Source of the DNA: Vulcanimicrobiales bacterium
Lineage (GTDB): Bacteria > Vulcanimicrobiota > Vulcanimicrobiia > Vulcanimicrobiales > Vulcanimicrobiaceae
NCBI GenBank assembly: GCA_038215615.1
Contig: JBBQQR010000002.1
Location: 1-64,000 of the forward strand
Direction: 5' to 3'
DNA: 64,000 nucleotides
In this document: positions 41,734-51,394 of the stretch, one piece after another
How the letters are laid out: every line of letters begins with the position of its first letter
Numbering within the stretch: position 1 is the first letter of the stretch
Position numbers and translations under genes: made by a program
Notes under the pieces: model-generated
What the model was told of the DNA's origin: nothing
Databases searched by the model: none
What the model saw: only the letters and a program-made list of their open reading frames with translations

Positions 41734-41844
41734 ACGTAGCTCCTTGTGAGAAGAGAGCAAGGAAGACGAGCAGGCCTTTGGCGGCCCTAGCCGCCACGCC
41801 TGCGACAGTTGAGCTGGGAACGACTCTGTGATACAAAGTAAGAG

Positions 41845-42453
41845 ATGACCGATTTAGAACGAGCCCTGGCCGATATCGCCGAGGTCCGGGAGCGGTTGAG
41901 CGGCGTCCAGCGTTTTCAGGGCTACTCCGGCTTGGCAGCGCTGGTTTCCGCCGGATTTGCGCTGACCGCCGGAGTGGTGCAGTGGCTTATCGTTCCGGCG
42001 GTCGCGTCCGCGCACGACGGGCGGCTGTATTTTGCGATCTGGTTTGCGTGTTGCGCAGCCTCCATGGCTGTCAACTACAGCGCCATCGCGCATTGGTACG
42101 TGAACGATGCAACCGCGCGCGAGCGCTGGCAAACTGCGACGGTCGGCTTTGCGATTTTACCGGCGCTGGTGCTTGGAGCCGCGCTTTCATTCGCGCTCTT
42201 GCGCGCGAACCTGTTCGCGTTTCTTCCCGGTGTATGGTTCGGCTGTTACGGCGTCGGCTTGATCGCTTCGCGGACGATGCTGCCGCGCGCGGTCGTTCCG
42301 GTCTGCGTCGCGTTTCTGGGGGCGGGCACTGCGCTGCTCTTCGCGCCGCCCGCCATCGCGCTGGCGCCGTGGGTTTTGGCGATCGGCTTCGGCGCCGGTC
42401 AAGCGGTCATCGGCACCATCGTCGTACGCGATCGTGAAAGGATAACGGCATGA
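41845..42453 (+). CDS. Hypothetical integral membrane protein (about 6 TM)
   Basis: Hydrophobic helices; coupled (ATGA) to the wHTH regulator. Confidence 0.8.
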   Translation: MTDLERALADIAEVRERLSGVQRFQGYSGLAALVSAGFALTAGVVQWLIVPAVASAHDGRLYFAIWFACCAASMAVNYSAIAHWYVNDATARERWQTATVGFAILPALVLGAALSFALLRANLFAFLPGVWFGCYGVGLIASRTMLPRAVVPVCVAFLGAGTALLFAPPAIALAPWVLAIGFGAGQAVIGTIVVRDRERITA

Positions 42454-42815
42454 CGCAATTCGCATTGAGCGCGCTCGATCGCGTCTTTCACGAACGCGGA
42501 CGCCTGGCTATTTGCAGCGCTCTAATCGCGCATCCTGAAGGCATCTCGTTTACGCAACTGCAGGAGACGTGCGAACTCACCGACGGAAATCTGAACCGTC
42601 ATTTGCACGCGCTTTCGGAAATGGACACCGTTGAAACCCGCCGCATCACCGGCAAGGGACGGCCGCAGACCGTCGTGCGCATCACCCGCGCCGGGCGCGA
42701 TCGTTTTCTCGACTACATCGACGCGCTCGAGTCGGTCGTGCGCGACGTTCAGCGCGCGCGCAAACGCAAACCGTCGCCCGTGCGCACGGCGCCCGCCAGC
42801 TCCACGTCGCAATAA
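42450..42815 (+). CDS. Winged-helix transcriptional regulator (ArsR/MarR-like)
   Basis: LDRVFHERGRLAI...LTDGNLNRHL...ITRAGRDRF. Confidence 0.88.
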   Translation: MTQFALSALDRVFHERGRLAICSALIAHPEGISFTQLQETCELTDGNLNRHLHALSEMDTVETRRITGKGRPQTVVRITRAGRDRFLDYIDALESVVRDVQRARKRKPSPVRTAPASSTSQ

Positions 42816-43384
42816 ACGCCCAGCAGATTGCCACGCTGCTGCGCGACGTAACGCAGCACTTCGGGATCCGGCTCGCCGGTCACCGGATCGTAGGTCGTCG
42901 CCACACAGCGTTCGATCGGATAGCGGACGCGTAAGGTCGCAGTTCCCACTTCGATCGTGTTTCCGGTGAGGTCGCTTTCCGCAAACGTAAAGTCCTTGGC
43001 CGCGTGCGCGTACAGAGTGGGTCGCCACCGCCGGAAATCCATCGGTCGCCCCAAACCGGCGGAAATTTCCTCCACCCAGCGGTCGAAGATCAACGAAACC
43101 GGCGCGTCGTCAAAGTAGCGGTTGCCGCTTCGCAGCTCCACGTCAACGTTTTTTTCGCGCGCCAGTTTCTGCGCACGCTGTGGGTCGCTCGTCAAGTGGA
43201 GCAGATTGTGCTCTTTTCCGCGATAGGGCTTCCCTGTGCGTTCGTGCCCGGCCGTGACGAATAAGGCTGTTTCGCGGTCGCCGGGGATGCCGTTTTGTGA
43301 TAGCTGGGCTGATTGCAGTTCTTCACCCGCCAGGCTTTTTATGGGATAGCGAGTGATTGCGGCGATTTGCCCCAGCAGTTTCAT
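42749..43384 (-). CDS. MOSC domain protein
   Basis: RYPIKSLAGE, GIPGDR, RRWRP, ERCVATT, GVY...GAVRTGD. Confidence 0.88.
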   Translation of the reverse strand: MKLLGQIAAITRYPIKSLAGEELQSAQLSQNGIPGDRETALFVTAGHERTGKPYRGKEHNLLHLTSDPQRAQKLAREKNVDVELRSGNRYFDDAPVSLIFDRWVEEISAGLGRPMDFRRWRPTLYAHAAKDFTFAESDLTGNTIEVGTATLRVRYPIERCVATTYDPVTGEPDPEVLRYVAQQRGNLLGVYCDVELAGAVRTGDGLRLRAR

Positions 43385-43434
43385 CCGCGTAGATTACCAT
43401 AGGACCCCGTTCAAATCCTCAAGAAGGGCGGCGC

Positions 43435-44370
43435 ATGAGCATTGCGGGTGACGCGTTGCCGCTCCGGCCGTTGAGCATCGGGGAAATTTTCGACCGTACG
43501 GTCACGCTCTACGTCCGCTACTTCGGACTCTTCACGCTCATCATGATGGTGGTCATCCTCCCGCTCACGGTCGCCTCGTATTTTTCCACGTACGGCAACG
43601 GCGGATACGAGCAGGTTCTCCAGCAGGCCACGCATCCGTCCAGCACGCATTCGCCGGTCGTTCTCTCTCGATTGCTGCAGTTTGAAGGCATTCTTATGCT
43701 CGTGCTGCTGCTGCAGCTGCTCTTGCTGCCGTTTGCGAACACGGCTGCGGCATCGGCCGTCGCCGCACTCTACCGCGCCGAGCGTCCGACCTGGCGGCAG
43801 AGTTACTCTGCGGCGTTGCGGCGATGGCCGGCAATTCTGGGCGCCGAACTGATGACGATTCTCATCGTCGGCGCGGCGGTGCTTGTGGGCGCATTTGCAT
43901 TCGGTGCGATGTTTGCGGCCGGAATATTTTTGGTGCGCGGCTCGGCCGCCACCATCGTCGTGTTCGGTTTCCTGATCGCCATCTTCATGATCGCTTGGCT
44001 GTTGTCGCTGGCGCTGTGCACCTTCGCAATGGGGTTCGCCTTTATATCGATCGTCGTCGAAAACTCCCCGGTCTTCCAGGCCGTCACTTCGGGGTTCGCG
44101 CGCATTTTCAACCGGCGCGAGCTCGGCCGCGCGGTGCTCGTCTTCCTCGCGCTGATCGCGATTTCCATCGGATTGTACATCGTGCTCGGGATCGCCGCCG
44201 CGCTCGCCCAAGGGATTACCCACTCGCTCGTCCTCTATGGAATCGTTACCGCCCCCATCTCTTTGATCAGCAGTACGTTTACGGCTTTGCTCTTCGCGGT
44301 CTACTATTTTGACGTTCGGGTCCGGCGCGAGGGGCTGGACATACAGACGCAGCTCGACCGGCTGGAATGA
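43435..44370 (+). CDS. Integral membrane protein of the MoxR/DUF58 cluster
   Basis: PLRPLSIGEIFD start and YFDVRVRREGLD end; multiple TM helices. Confidence 0.8.
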   Translation: MSIAGDALPLRPLSIGEIFDRTVTLYVRYFGLFTLIMMVVILPLTVASYFSTYGNGGYEQVLQQATHPSSTHSPVVLSRLLQFEGILMLVLLLQLLLLPFANTAAASAVAALYRAERPTWRQSYSAALRRWPAILGAELMTILIVGAAVLVGAFAFGAMFAAGIFLVRGSAATIVVFGFLIAIFMIAWLLSLALCTFAMGFAFISIVVENSPVFQAVTSGFARIFNRRELGRAVLVFLALIAISIGLYIVLGIAAALAQGITHSLVLYGIVTAPISLISSTFTALLFAVYYFDVRVRREGLDIQTQLDRLE

Positions 44371-45002
44371 CCGGGAGCCGGCCGCCGCTCGGTGCGCGCG
44401 ATCTCGCGCGCGAGATTCTCTTACAGAAACGTTTTCGGGTGGCCGTACCCTCAACGCACCGCACGTTGTGGGAAATGTTTTGGGATTGGCTGCGCGGATT
44501 GTGGTCCCGCGTGTGGGACGCGCTGTTTTCGCACGTACACATCGGGAGCCGCGCGGGCCAGATCATCGGCGACGCGCTGGCTTTCGCGCTGATTGCCGTC
44601 GTCGTGGTCGTACTCGTACGTCTGGCCCTTGGATCCATTCGCGATGCGCGCCGGCCCGATGCCGCTCACACGCTGCTCGATTCGCCCGCTCCGGGTGCGC
44701 TCTACGAGCTGAGCCGTGAGGCCGCCTTTCGCGGCGACTATCGTATGGCAGTGGCCTTGCTCTTCGCCGCGTCGATCCGGCGTCTGGAGCGGCTGGGAAT
44801 TGCGCGCGAAAATCCGAGCCGCACCGTCAACGAGTGGCGGCGCAAGCTGCGCGCCGCTCAGCCCTCGGTTTTGCCGGCGTTCGATGCCATCGCTAGGCCG
44901 TTCGTCGCGGCGTTTTATGCCGAAATGCCCATCGCGCGCGGAGAGTGGATGGAAGCGCACGACGCGTATGTCGCGCTTCCGGTCGAGCCGGCGCATGCGT
45001 AA
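44367..45002 (+). CDS. DUF4129 domain protein
   Basis: One TM; AAFRGDYRMAV...SRTVNEW...F...FY pattern; cluster context. Confidence 0.75.
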   Translation: MTGSRPPLGARDLAREILLQKRFRVAVPSTHRTLWEMFWDWLRGLWSRVWDALFSHVHIGSRAGQIIGDALAFALIAVVVVVLVRLALGSIRDARRPDAAHTLLDSPAPGALYELSREAAFRGDYRMAVALLFAASIRRLERLGIARENPSRTVNEWRRKLRAAQPSVLPAFDAIARPFVAAFYAEMPIARGEWMEAHDAYVALPVEPAHA

Positions 45003-46059
45003 CCGTACGGAGATTGTCATCCTGGTCGTGGCCTTGCTGCTCTTCACCGTTTTTTCGGCGCTGCGTACCGCGACGCCACGCGCGCGTTCGTCGGTTCCAT
45101 CAACCTACGATACCGGAGCCAACGGTTACGCGGCGCTCTACGAGTTCTTGCAGCGCGAGGGAGTGAGCGCGCAGCGCTACGAGCTGCCGCTGGGAGAGTT
45201 GCCCGCGCGCGCGACGGTCGTTTTCGCAGGCGACTACGCGATCGACTCGTCGATTCTTTCAGCCAAAGGGTCGGCGGCGCTGGATAAATGGGTGCGTCGC
45301 GGTGGGAAGCTGATCGTGCTCGGAAGCATGTTTCCGTCCACGCGCGACGCGCTCGGACTTCCTAAGACACGCGCAGCCGTAAGTAAGGACGCGACGACGG
45401 GGTGCGGTTTTCGCGGAGCGCTCCGCGTGATCGGCGGAGATTTTACCTCGGTTTTACGCACGGCGTGCGATGGCAAACATTCGGTGCTGCTGAGGGGTCG
45501 CGGCGGAGCGCTTGCCGTTTCTATCAAGCGCGGCCGCGGAACGATCGTGGAGTTCGTAACGCCGACACTTTTCGACAACGCGCAACTGGCCGCGCACGAC
45601 AACGCCGCGTTCGCTTACGATCTGTTCGCCGGCGCGGGAGCTCCGTTGTTCGATGAGCGCGTTTATGGCTACGCCGCCGGACGCACGTTCTGGCAAGTGA
45701 TGCCGCGACCGGTGATCGCCGCCGTGGCCGTGGCTCTGCTCGCGCTGCTGCTGGCTATTATCGCTGCAAGCGTACGGTTGGCGCCCGCTCGAGCTCTCGA
45801 ACGCGATGACGAGCGCAATTCCTTGGCCTACATTGAATCGCTGGCGCGGATGCTCCAGCGAGGCGGCGCGTCGCACGACGTCATCGCCCGCCTGGCGCGA
45901 GCCGCGAGCGCATTTCGCTCACCGCCGCTTGGTGACGACCGAGGGCGCGCGGCGCTCGATGAGCTGCGCCGGCTTGGGGAACGCAGGGATGCCGGACCGC
46001 GCGAGGTCTTGCTGGCCGGAACGATCTTCGCGCAGTTGCGAAAGGAATACGAATGGTAA
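44995..46059 (+). CDS. DUF4350 domain protein
   Basis: STYDTGANGYAALYEFL, WVRRGGKL, FDE; TM at both ends. Confidence 0.75.
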   Translation: MRNRTEIVILVVALLLFTVFSALRTATPRARSSVPSTYDTGANGYAALYEFLQREGVSAQRYELPLGELPARATVVFAGDYAIDSSILSAKGSAALDKWVRRGGKLIVLGSMFPSTRDALGLPKTRAAVSKDATTGCGFRGALRVIGGDFTSVLRTACDGKHSVLLRGRGGALAVSIKRGRGTIVEFVTPTLFDNAQLAAHDNAAFAYDLFAGAGAPLFDERVYGYAAGRTFWQVMPRPVIAAVAVALLALLLAIIAASVRLAPARALERDDERNSLAYIESLARMLQRGGASHDVIARLARAASAFRSPPLGDDRGRAALDELRRLGERRDAGPREVLLAGTIFAQLRKEYEW

Positions 46060-47018
46060 CCACGGCTCGGGGTTTAGCTGAACGCGTCGGCGTGGGAATG
46101 CGCGAGATCATCGTCGGCGGCGACGAATTGACGTTCGCGCTTCTCGTCGCGCTGCTGGCGCGGGGGCACGCGCTGATCCAAGGCGTCCCGGGCACGGGCA
46201 AGACGCTCGCCGTCCGAGCCTTGGCGGCGCTTTTGGGCGCGCAGTACCGCCGCATTCAATTTACGCCGGACTTGATGCCGGCCGACGTCGTCGGGACGAC
46301 CGTCTTCAATCCGCAGACCGCCGAGTTCAGCATGCGCCCCGGGCCGATCGTCACGAATTTTTTGCTGGCGGACGAGATCAACCGCACGCCTCCCAAAACG
46401 CAGTCCGCGCTGCTCGAAGCGATGGAGGAAGCCCGCGTCACGATCGACGGCGTGTCGCTGGAGCTTCCGTGCCCGTTCTTTGTGTGCGCTACGCAGAATC
46501 CGATCGAATATGAAGGCACCTATCCGCTGCCCGAAGCGCAGTTGGACCGATTTTTAGTGATGGCGATTGCGGAATATCCGCCCGCGGCGTCGGAGCTCGA
46601 GTTGCTTTCGCGCGTCGCCGCGGGCTTTGATGCGCGCACGATCGAGCCGAAGTCGCTCAAGCCCATCGCCGATCCCGGCGAAATCATGACCGCGCAAAGC
46701 GAAGTGCGCGGCGTGCGGGTTGCGGCTCCGGTGCAGCAGTATATTTACGACCTGATCGCAGCAACGCGATCGCACCGCGGCCTGAGTCTGGGAGCGAGCC
46801 CGCGCGCAGGCGTTTCCCTGCTGGGCGCGGCTCAAGCATCGGCAGCGATCGACGGACGCGACTATGCCACGCCGGACGACGTCAAAGACGTTGCGGCGTT
46901 CGTACTGCCGCACCGGCTGATCGTCGCGCCGCAAGCCGAGATCGACGGCGTGACGTCAGTCAAAGTCGTGCGTGAAGTCTTGGAGTCAGTCGCGATTCCG
47001 CGTGAAGACGCAACCTAA
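46053..47018 (+). CDS. moxR: MoxR-family AAA+ ATPase
   Basis: GVPGTGKT, RIQFTPDLMPAD, DEINRTPPKTQSALLEAM, ATQNP, LPEAQLDRF. Confidence 0.96.
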   Translation: MVTTARGLAERVGVGMREIIVGGDELTFALLVALLARGHALIQGVPGTGKTLAVRALAALLGAQYRRIQFTPDLMPADVVGTTVFNPQTAEFSMRPGPIVTNFLLADEINRTPPKTQSALLEAMEEARVTIDGVSLELPCPFFVCATQNPIEYEGTYPLPEAQLDRFLVMAIAEYPPAASELELLSRVAAGFDARTIEPKSLKPIADPGEIMTAQSEVRGVRVAAPVQQYIYDLIAATRSHRGLSLGASPRAGVSLLGAAQASAAIDGRDYATPDDVKDVAAFVLPHRLIVAPQAEIDGVTSVKVVREVLESVAIPREDAT

Positions 47019-48342
47019 GCTGCGTTTGGGCGGCATGTGGCCGGCGCCGCGCGCTTATTGGGCGCTGGTCATACTTGCGATGCTGCTGGCCGTCGCCGGC
47101 GCGCTTCCGGCATTCCTGATTCTGGCGGCCCTCGCCGCGGCCGCGCTCGTTGCAGGGAGCCTTGCGGACGCATTGACCGGCGTGGCGAGTGCGAAGCTCG
47201 AAATCGAGCGTGAGGCGCCCGAACCGTTCGCGTTGCGCGCGCCCGGGGTACTGCGTTACCGTTTCGGGAACCGCTCCGACGCCGCACTGCGGTTGAACGT
47301 GATCGAAAGCGATTGCCGCGTCCTGCGCTACGCGCAAGACGAGATTACCGCATCGGTGCCGCCACACAGTGAAGTGCTTGCCCAACGGGACGTCATTCCG
47401 GTCGCGCGCGGCGGCGATGCGCTGGGCACGATCTACGTCACGGCGCAAAACCAATTCGGATTTCTCACCCGGCGTCTGCGCTTTGACGCTCCGCAGCCGA
47501 TCCGCGTCTATCCCGATCTCTCCGCAGTGGAACGGTATGGAGCACTGCACGTTCGCAACCGTCTCATCGAGGCCGGCCTGCGGCGCATGCGTTTGCGCGG
47601 CGCCGGAACGGAGTTGGAAAATCTGCGCGACTGGGCGCCCGGCGATCAATTCCGTTCGATCGAGTGGAAGGCGACGGCCAGGCGCGGGCATTTGATGGTG
47701 GCCGAGTACGAAGTGGAGCGCAGTCAGAATGTCATGATCGTATTGGATGCGGGCCGCTTGATGACGCCGCGCGTCGACGATCAGCGCAAATTCGATTATG
47801 CGATAACCGCCGCGCTTTCGGTCGCTTCGATCGCGGCGCTGGCCAATGACAAGGTCGGACTGGTCGCATTCGCGGGCGAGATACTGCGCGCGCAAGCTCC
47901 GCGCAGCGGACGGTCCATCGCTTCAATCGGCGCGCAGGTTCACGATTTGGAGCCGCGGTTCGAGGAGTCGGACTATGCGCGAGCGTTCGCTTACGTTCGG
48001 AGCAACGTGCGCAAACGCAGCCTGATCGTTTTTTTTACCGACATGGTCGACCCCGTCGCGCAGAGCTCGGTACTCGCGCAGATCGGTATTCTGGCCAAAC
48101 GGCACGTGGTGATCTGCGTTTTCATGAACGATCGAGCGATCGACCGCGCTCTGGAGACTTTGCCGAAGAGCAGCTCGGACGTCTACGCCGCCGCGGTTGC
48201 GCTGGAGCTGCGCGACGAACGGCGTTCGGCCGCGGCGATCCTGCAGCGGCTGGGCGTGCAAGTTATCGACGTTCCGGCACGCGAGCTCACCACCGCGCTC
48301 ATCGACCGGTACTTGCTGGTTAAACAGCGCGGTCTGTTGTAG
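47002..48342 (+). CDS. DUF58 (vWA-like) protein
   Basis: GTELENLRDWAPGD...IEWKATAR, VLDAGRLM, FFTD. Confidence 0.9.
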   Translation: MKTQPKLRLGGMWPAPRAYWALVILAMLLAVAGALPAFLILAALAAAALVAGSLADALTGVASAKLEIEREAPEPFALRAPGVLRYRFGNRSDAALRLNVIESDCRVLRYAQDEITASVPPHSEVLAQRDVIPVARGGDALGTIYVTAQNQFGFLTRRLRFDAPQPIRVYPDLSAVERYGALHVRNRLIEAGLRRMRLRGAGTELENLRDWAPGDQFRSIEWKATARRGHLMVAEYEVERSQNVMIVLDAGRLMTPRVDDQRKFDYAITAALSVASIAALANDKVGLVAFAGEILRAQAPRSGRSIASIGAQVHDLEPRFEESDYARAFAYVRSNVRKRSLIVFFTDMVDPVAQSSVLAQIGILAKRHVVICVFMNDRAIDRALETLPKSSSDVYAAAVALELRDERRSAAAILQRLGVQVIDVPARELTTALIDRYLLVKQRGLL

Positions 48343-48348
48343 CTCGCG

Positions 48349-49611
48349 CTACGCTCGGAGCGTGGCGCGCTGCAGCGTGCGCTCCAAACCGACAAGGCGC
48401 GTTGCTGAAGCGCGATCGTGCAGCTCGAGTCGCCAAAAGCCGGGCCAGAGGAGGCTCAAGATGAAGAGCGGCGTCGCGATCAGATAGCGCCAAATCACCC
48501 GCAAAAGGCCGGGCCGGCCGAATTGCGTGTTGGTCACGCGCACCGACACGATCATCATGCCGAACGTTTGTCCGGCAAGCGCGACCAGGATGATGTTGTA
48601 GACCAGGAATTCGGCGAGCGGACCGGGATCGAAGTTCACGCTCCAGTGGATTCCGGGCCGATGGACGCCCGCGCTCGTAACGACCAGATTGCCGATTGCG
48701 GCGACGAGCGCGTAGTCGATGGCAATAGCGGCCAGACGCCGCCCAAAGCTCGCGCAATCGCTTTTGGTGACTTCTCCGGAACGGTGTTCGACCGGCTCAA
48801 GCGAGACCGGTCGCGTGACCAAGCGCTCTTCCCAATACTCGTAAAGCGCGGCGTGATGGAAAACGCGCAGACTTTCCATGCGATTGGTCGCGTAGGGATT
48901 GGGGGCCAGCCATTCGCCCAGACGCAGCACCGAATCGTGTGCGATCTCGACGCGCTGCTGCGCAAAAGCGGCCAGGTCGACTTTACGCGCAAACAAATGG
49001 AACTCGCAGAGTGCGATCGCGCGGTACGCGGCGTCGGTGCTTCCGCAGCAGAGCAGCCCGGCGCGGTCGGCAGTGAATTCCGTGCGCCGCAGCCACGCCC
49101 CGAAGATCATCGAGATGATGGCGTTCTCGTGACCGTTGACGCTCAAGATTGAGGTCAGCCGGGTATGTCCGGCGGCGATGTGTCCGAGCTCGCGCCCAAC
49201 CACGAATGTCAGCTCGTCCTCTTTGAAATGATCGATCCAGTGCGTGGAAATGATCAGCGAGTACGGATCGCCGAAGCCGACTGCAACAACCGGAACGCGG
49301 ATGTCGTCGCGCAGGAATACCATCGGCATCGGCAGTTCCAGCATCGACGCGCACCGCTCGACCACCGAAAAAAGCTCGGGAAACTGCGTACGCGTGATCA
49401 TGACGCAGCTCCCTAACAGCGCTCCGCGCGCGATCGTCACGTAGACCATTGCCACGACGATCAAAACGCCGACCGACGAGACGCCGATGACCTCGTGCCA
49501 GACGCGTCCGATCAAGAACGCTATCGCCGGCGCGAACGCCAGCGTGATCGCCAAACTCAGCCATTCATACCGCTGGCGGATGGAACATTTTCCACGAAAA
49601 AGGTCGCGCAT
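48349..49611 (-). CDS. M48-like peptidase domain (degenerate RELGH motif) fused to an RDD domain
   Basis: EDELTFVVGRELGHI, RRTEFTADRAG; then FGRRLAAIAID, GQTFGM, LHDRASAT. Confidence 0.78.
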   Translation of the reverse strand: MRDLFRGKCSIRQRYEWLSLAITLAFAPAIAFLIGRVWHEVIGVSSVGVLIVVAMVYVTIARGALLGSCVMITRTQFPELFSVVERCASMLELPMPMVFLRDDIRVPVVAVGFGDPYSLIISTHWIDHFKEDELTFVVGRELGHIAAGHTRLTSILSVNGHENAIISMIFGAWLRRTEFTADRAGLLCCGSTDAAYRAIALCEFHLFARKVDLAAFAQQRVEIAHDSVLRLGEWLAPNPYATNRMESLRVFHHAALYEYWEERLVTRPVSLEPVEHRSGEVTKSDCASFGRRLAAIAIDYALVAAIGNLVVTSAGVHRPGIHWSVNFDPGPLAEFLVYNIILVALAGQTFGMMIVSVRVTNTQFGRPGLLRVIWRYLIATPLFILSLLWPGFWRLELHDRASATRLVGLERTLQRATLRA

Positions 49612-49612
49612 A

Positions 49613-50578
49613 TCAGCGCTCGCGCCCGGCGAAACCAAAGTAAGCGATAAGAGCGAGAGCGGTGAAGACGCCGACGCTGTCGCGAACCGGGATCCCAAAA
49701 CGAAGGTTTGTAAAAAAACCTTCGATCATTCCGGCGACGCAGAGCATCGCGACAACGCCGCCGACGAGGATGCCGGCACGACGGCCGTTTTGCGCAATCG
49801 CGTCGCGCCGGCTCAGCCTGCCGGGATTCAACACGCCTGCAGCGAGCAGCAATCCGCCAGCCGCAGCGATTTGGATCGCGGTCAATTCGATGACGCCGTG
49901 CGGGACGATGGTGGCCCAATAGTCGTTTCCGAAACCCGCCTGTCCGTAAAGCGCGCCGAGGCCGCCGACCATCAGGCCGGTGAGCGTCAGTTCGTAGATC
50001 GTGAAGAGGCCGAGCGTGACGATGCCGCCGGCGAAAGCAAGAATTGCGACCTTGATGTTGTTCGTAATGATGAATGCCGACATGGCAGCCGAGAATTCCG
50101 AGGTGAACGCAAAATTCGAATCGTGCAGGCTCTTCGTAATGTGCGACGGGACGATCGACTCCGGCAGCAGCGCGTAGACATCGGCCGGATGCGAATTGAC
50201 GATTGCAAACGCGACTATCGCCCAAACGATCGTCAAGGCCGCGCACGCGCCGACGTACCGCCAAGACCGGCGAAACTCCCGCGGAAAAGTCTGCGCGAAA
50301 AAGCGGGCAATGCGCGTGCGCCCAGGCTCGACTGCAGCGCCGTACACCAGCGCGTGCGATCGCGCGACCAGGCGGTTGAGATAATGTTGGAGCTCGCCGC
50401 CGTAGCCGCGACCTTGCGCGTAGGCGAGATCCGAGGTGACCCAGCGGTAGAGCCGGCCGGCTTCAAAGAGCTCCGCCGCATCCAAGGCGCGTAAACCGCG
50501 CCGCCCGGTGCGGGCGAGCAGGAGCTCCAAACGCTCCCATGCCCGGCCGCGGCGCCGGACGAACGAACGCTGATCCAC
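49613..50578 (-). CDS. Stage II sporulation protein M (SpoIIM/DUF95) family membrane protein
   Basis: LYRWVTSDLAYA, IITNNIKVA, PHGVIEL, AGMIEGF. Confidence 0.87.
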   Translation of the reverse strand: MDQRSFVRRRGRAWERLELLLARTGRRGLRALDAAELFEAGRLYRWVTSDLAYAQGRGYGGELQHYLNRLVARSHALVYGAAVEPGRTRIARFFAQTFPREFRRSWRYVGACAALTIVWAIVAFAIVNSHPADVYALLPESIVPSHITKSLHDSNFAFTSEFSAAMSAFIITNNIKVAILAFAGGIVTLGLFTIYELTLTGLMVGGLGALYGQAGFGNDYWATIVPHGVIELTAIQIAAAGGLLLAAGVLNPGRLSRRDAIAQNGRRAGILVGGVVAMLCVAGMIEGFFTNLRFGIPVRDSVGVFTALALIAYFGFAGRER

Positions 50579-50656
50579 TCCGCAGTATTGCGGCGCGCGC
50601 CGCCAACTGCCCCCCGGAGGGGGCCTGCGGCATGTCGCGGGGCGAAACGCCCTGCA

Positions 50657-51394
50657 ATGGATCGTACGCTGGAAGTCCGCACGCCGGAAAGTATCGCGTT
50701 CTCCTACGAACTTGCGGGCCTGGGCAGCCGTTTTCTGGCCGTGTCCGTTGACATTGCGATTCAAACGCTGGTCATGATCGGCATCATTTGGGGATTGATC
50801 TATGCCGGATCGCACATGAGCGCCGCGGTGCGCGATGCTTCGGCGCCCACGAAAATCGAAGCGTCGCTTGCGATCGCATTCATCGCCGCGATAATTTTCG
50901 TGGTCTATTTCGGATATTTCATTCTCTTCGAGGCGTTTTGGAACGGGCAGACGCCCGGAAAAAAAATGATGGGCCTGCGCGTCGTTCGCGACGGCGGCTA
51001 TCCGGCAGACTTTGCGAGCATCGCCATTCGCAACCTGATCCGCGTCGGCGAGTTCGTCGCCGGACTCTACGCGGTTAGCGCGGTGGCGGCGCTGCTTTCA
51101 CCCGAAAATAAGCGGCTGGGCGACATGGCGGCGGGGACGATCGTCGTTCGCGACGCGCGCGCAGCCAAGCTGGCGGACGTGTTGGAGGAGCAGCGGGAAA
51201 GCGCGCATCCGCTCATGCTCAGCTCTCAAGAGCGCGAGCTCATCGACCAGTTCGTCGCGCGCCGCGAAGGAATGGCGCCGCATAGCCGCGCGCTCATGGC
51301 ATCGAAAATCTCCGAGCGCGTTCGCGCGCGCGTTTCGCGCGATCTGCAGCAGTTAAACGACGAAGAGTTGCTGACGCGCCTTAGCGCTTTGTAA
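50657..51394 (+). CDS. RDD family protein
   Basis: TPE...LAGLGSRFLA, GQTPGK, RNL, KRLGDMAAGTIVV. Confidence 0.9.
   Translation: MDRTLEVRTPESIAFSYELAGLGSRFLAVSVDIAIQTLVMIGIIWGLIYAGSHMSAAVRDASAPTKIEASLAIAFIAAIIFVVYFGYFILFEAFWNGQTPGKKMMGLRVVRDGGYPADFASIAIRNLIRVGEFVAGLYAVSAVAALLSPENKRLGDMAAGTIVVRDARAAKLADVLEEQRESAHPLMLSSQERELIDQFVARREGMAPHSRALMASKISERVRARVSRDLQQLNDEELLTRLSAL

Noticed and set aside
41624..41836. 5' extension of the 201-aa ORF 41231-41836
   Set aside because: The SD and the repeated leader motif lie in another frame (GTG 41733); the extension has no support.
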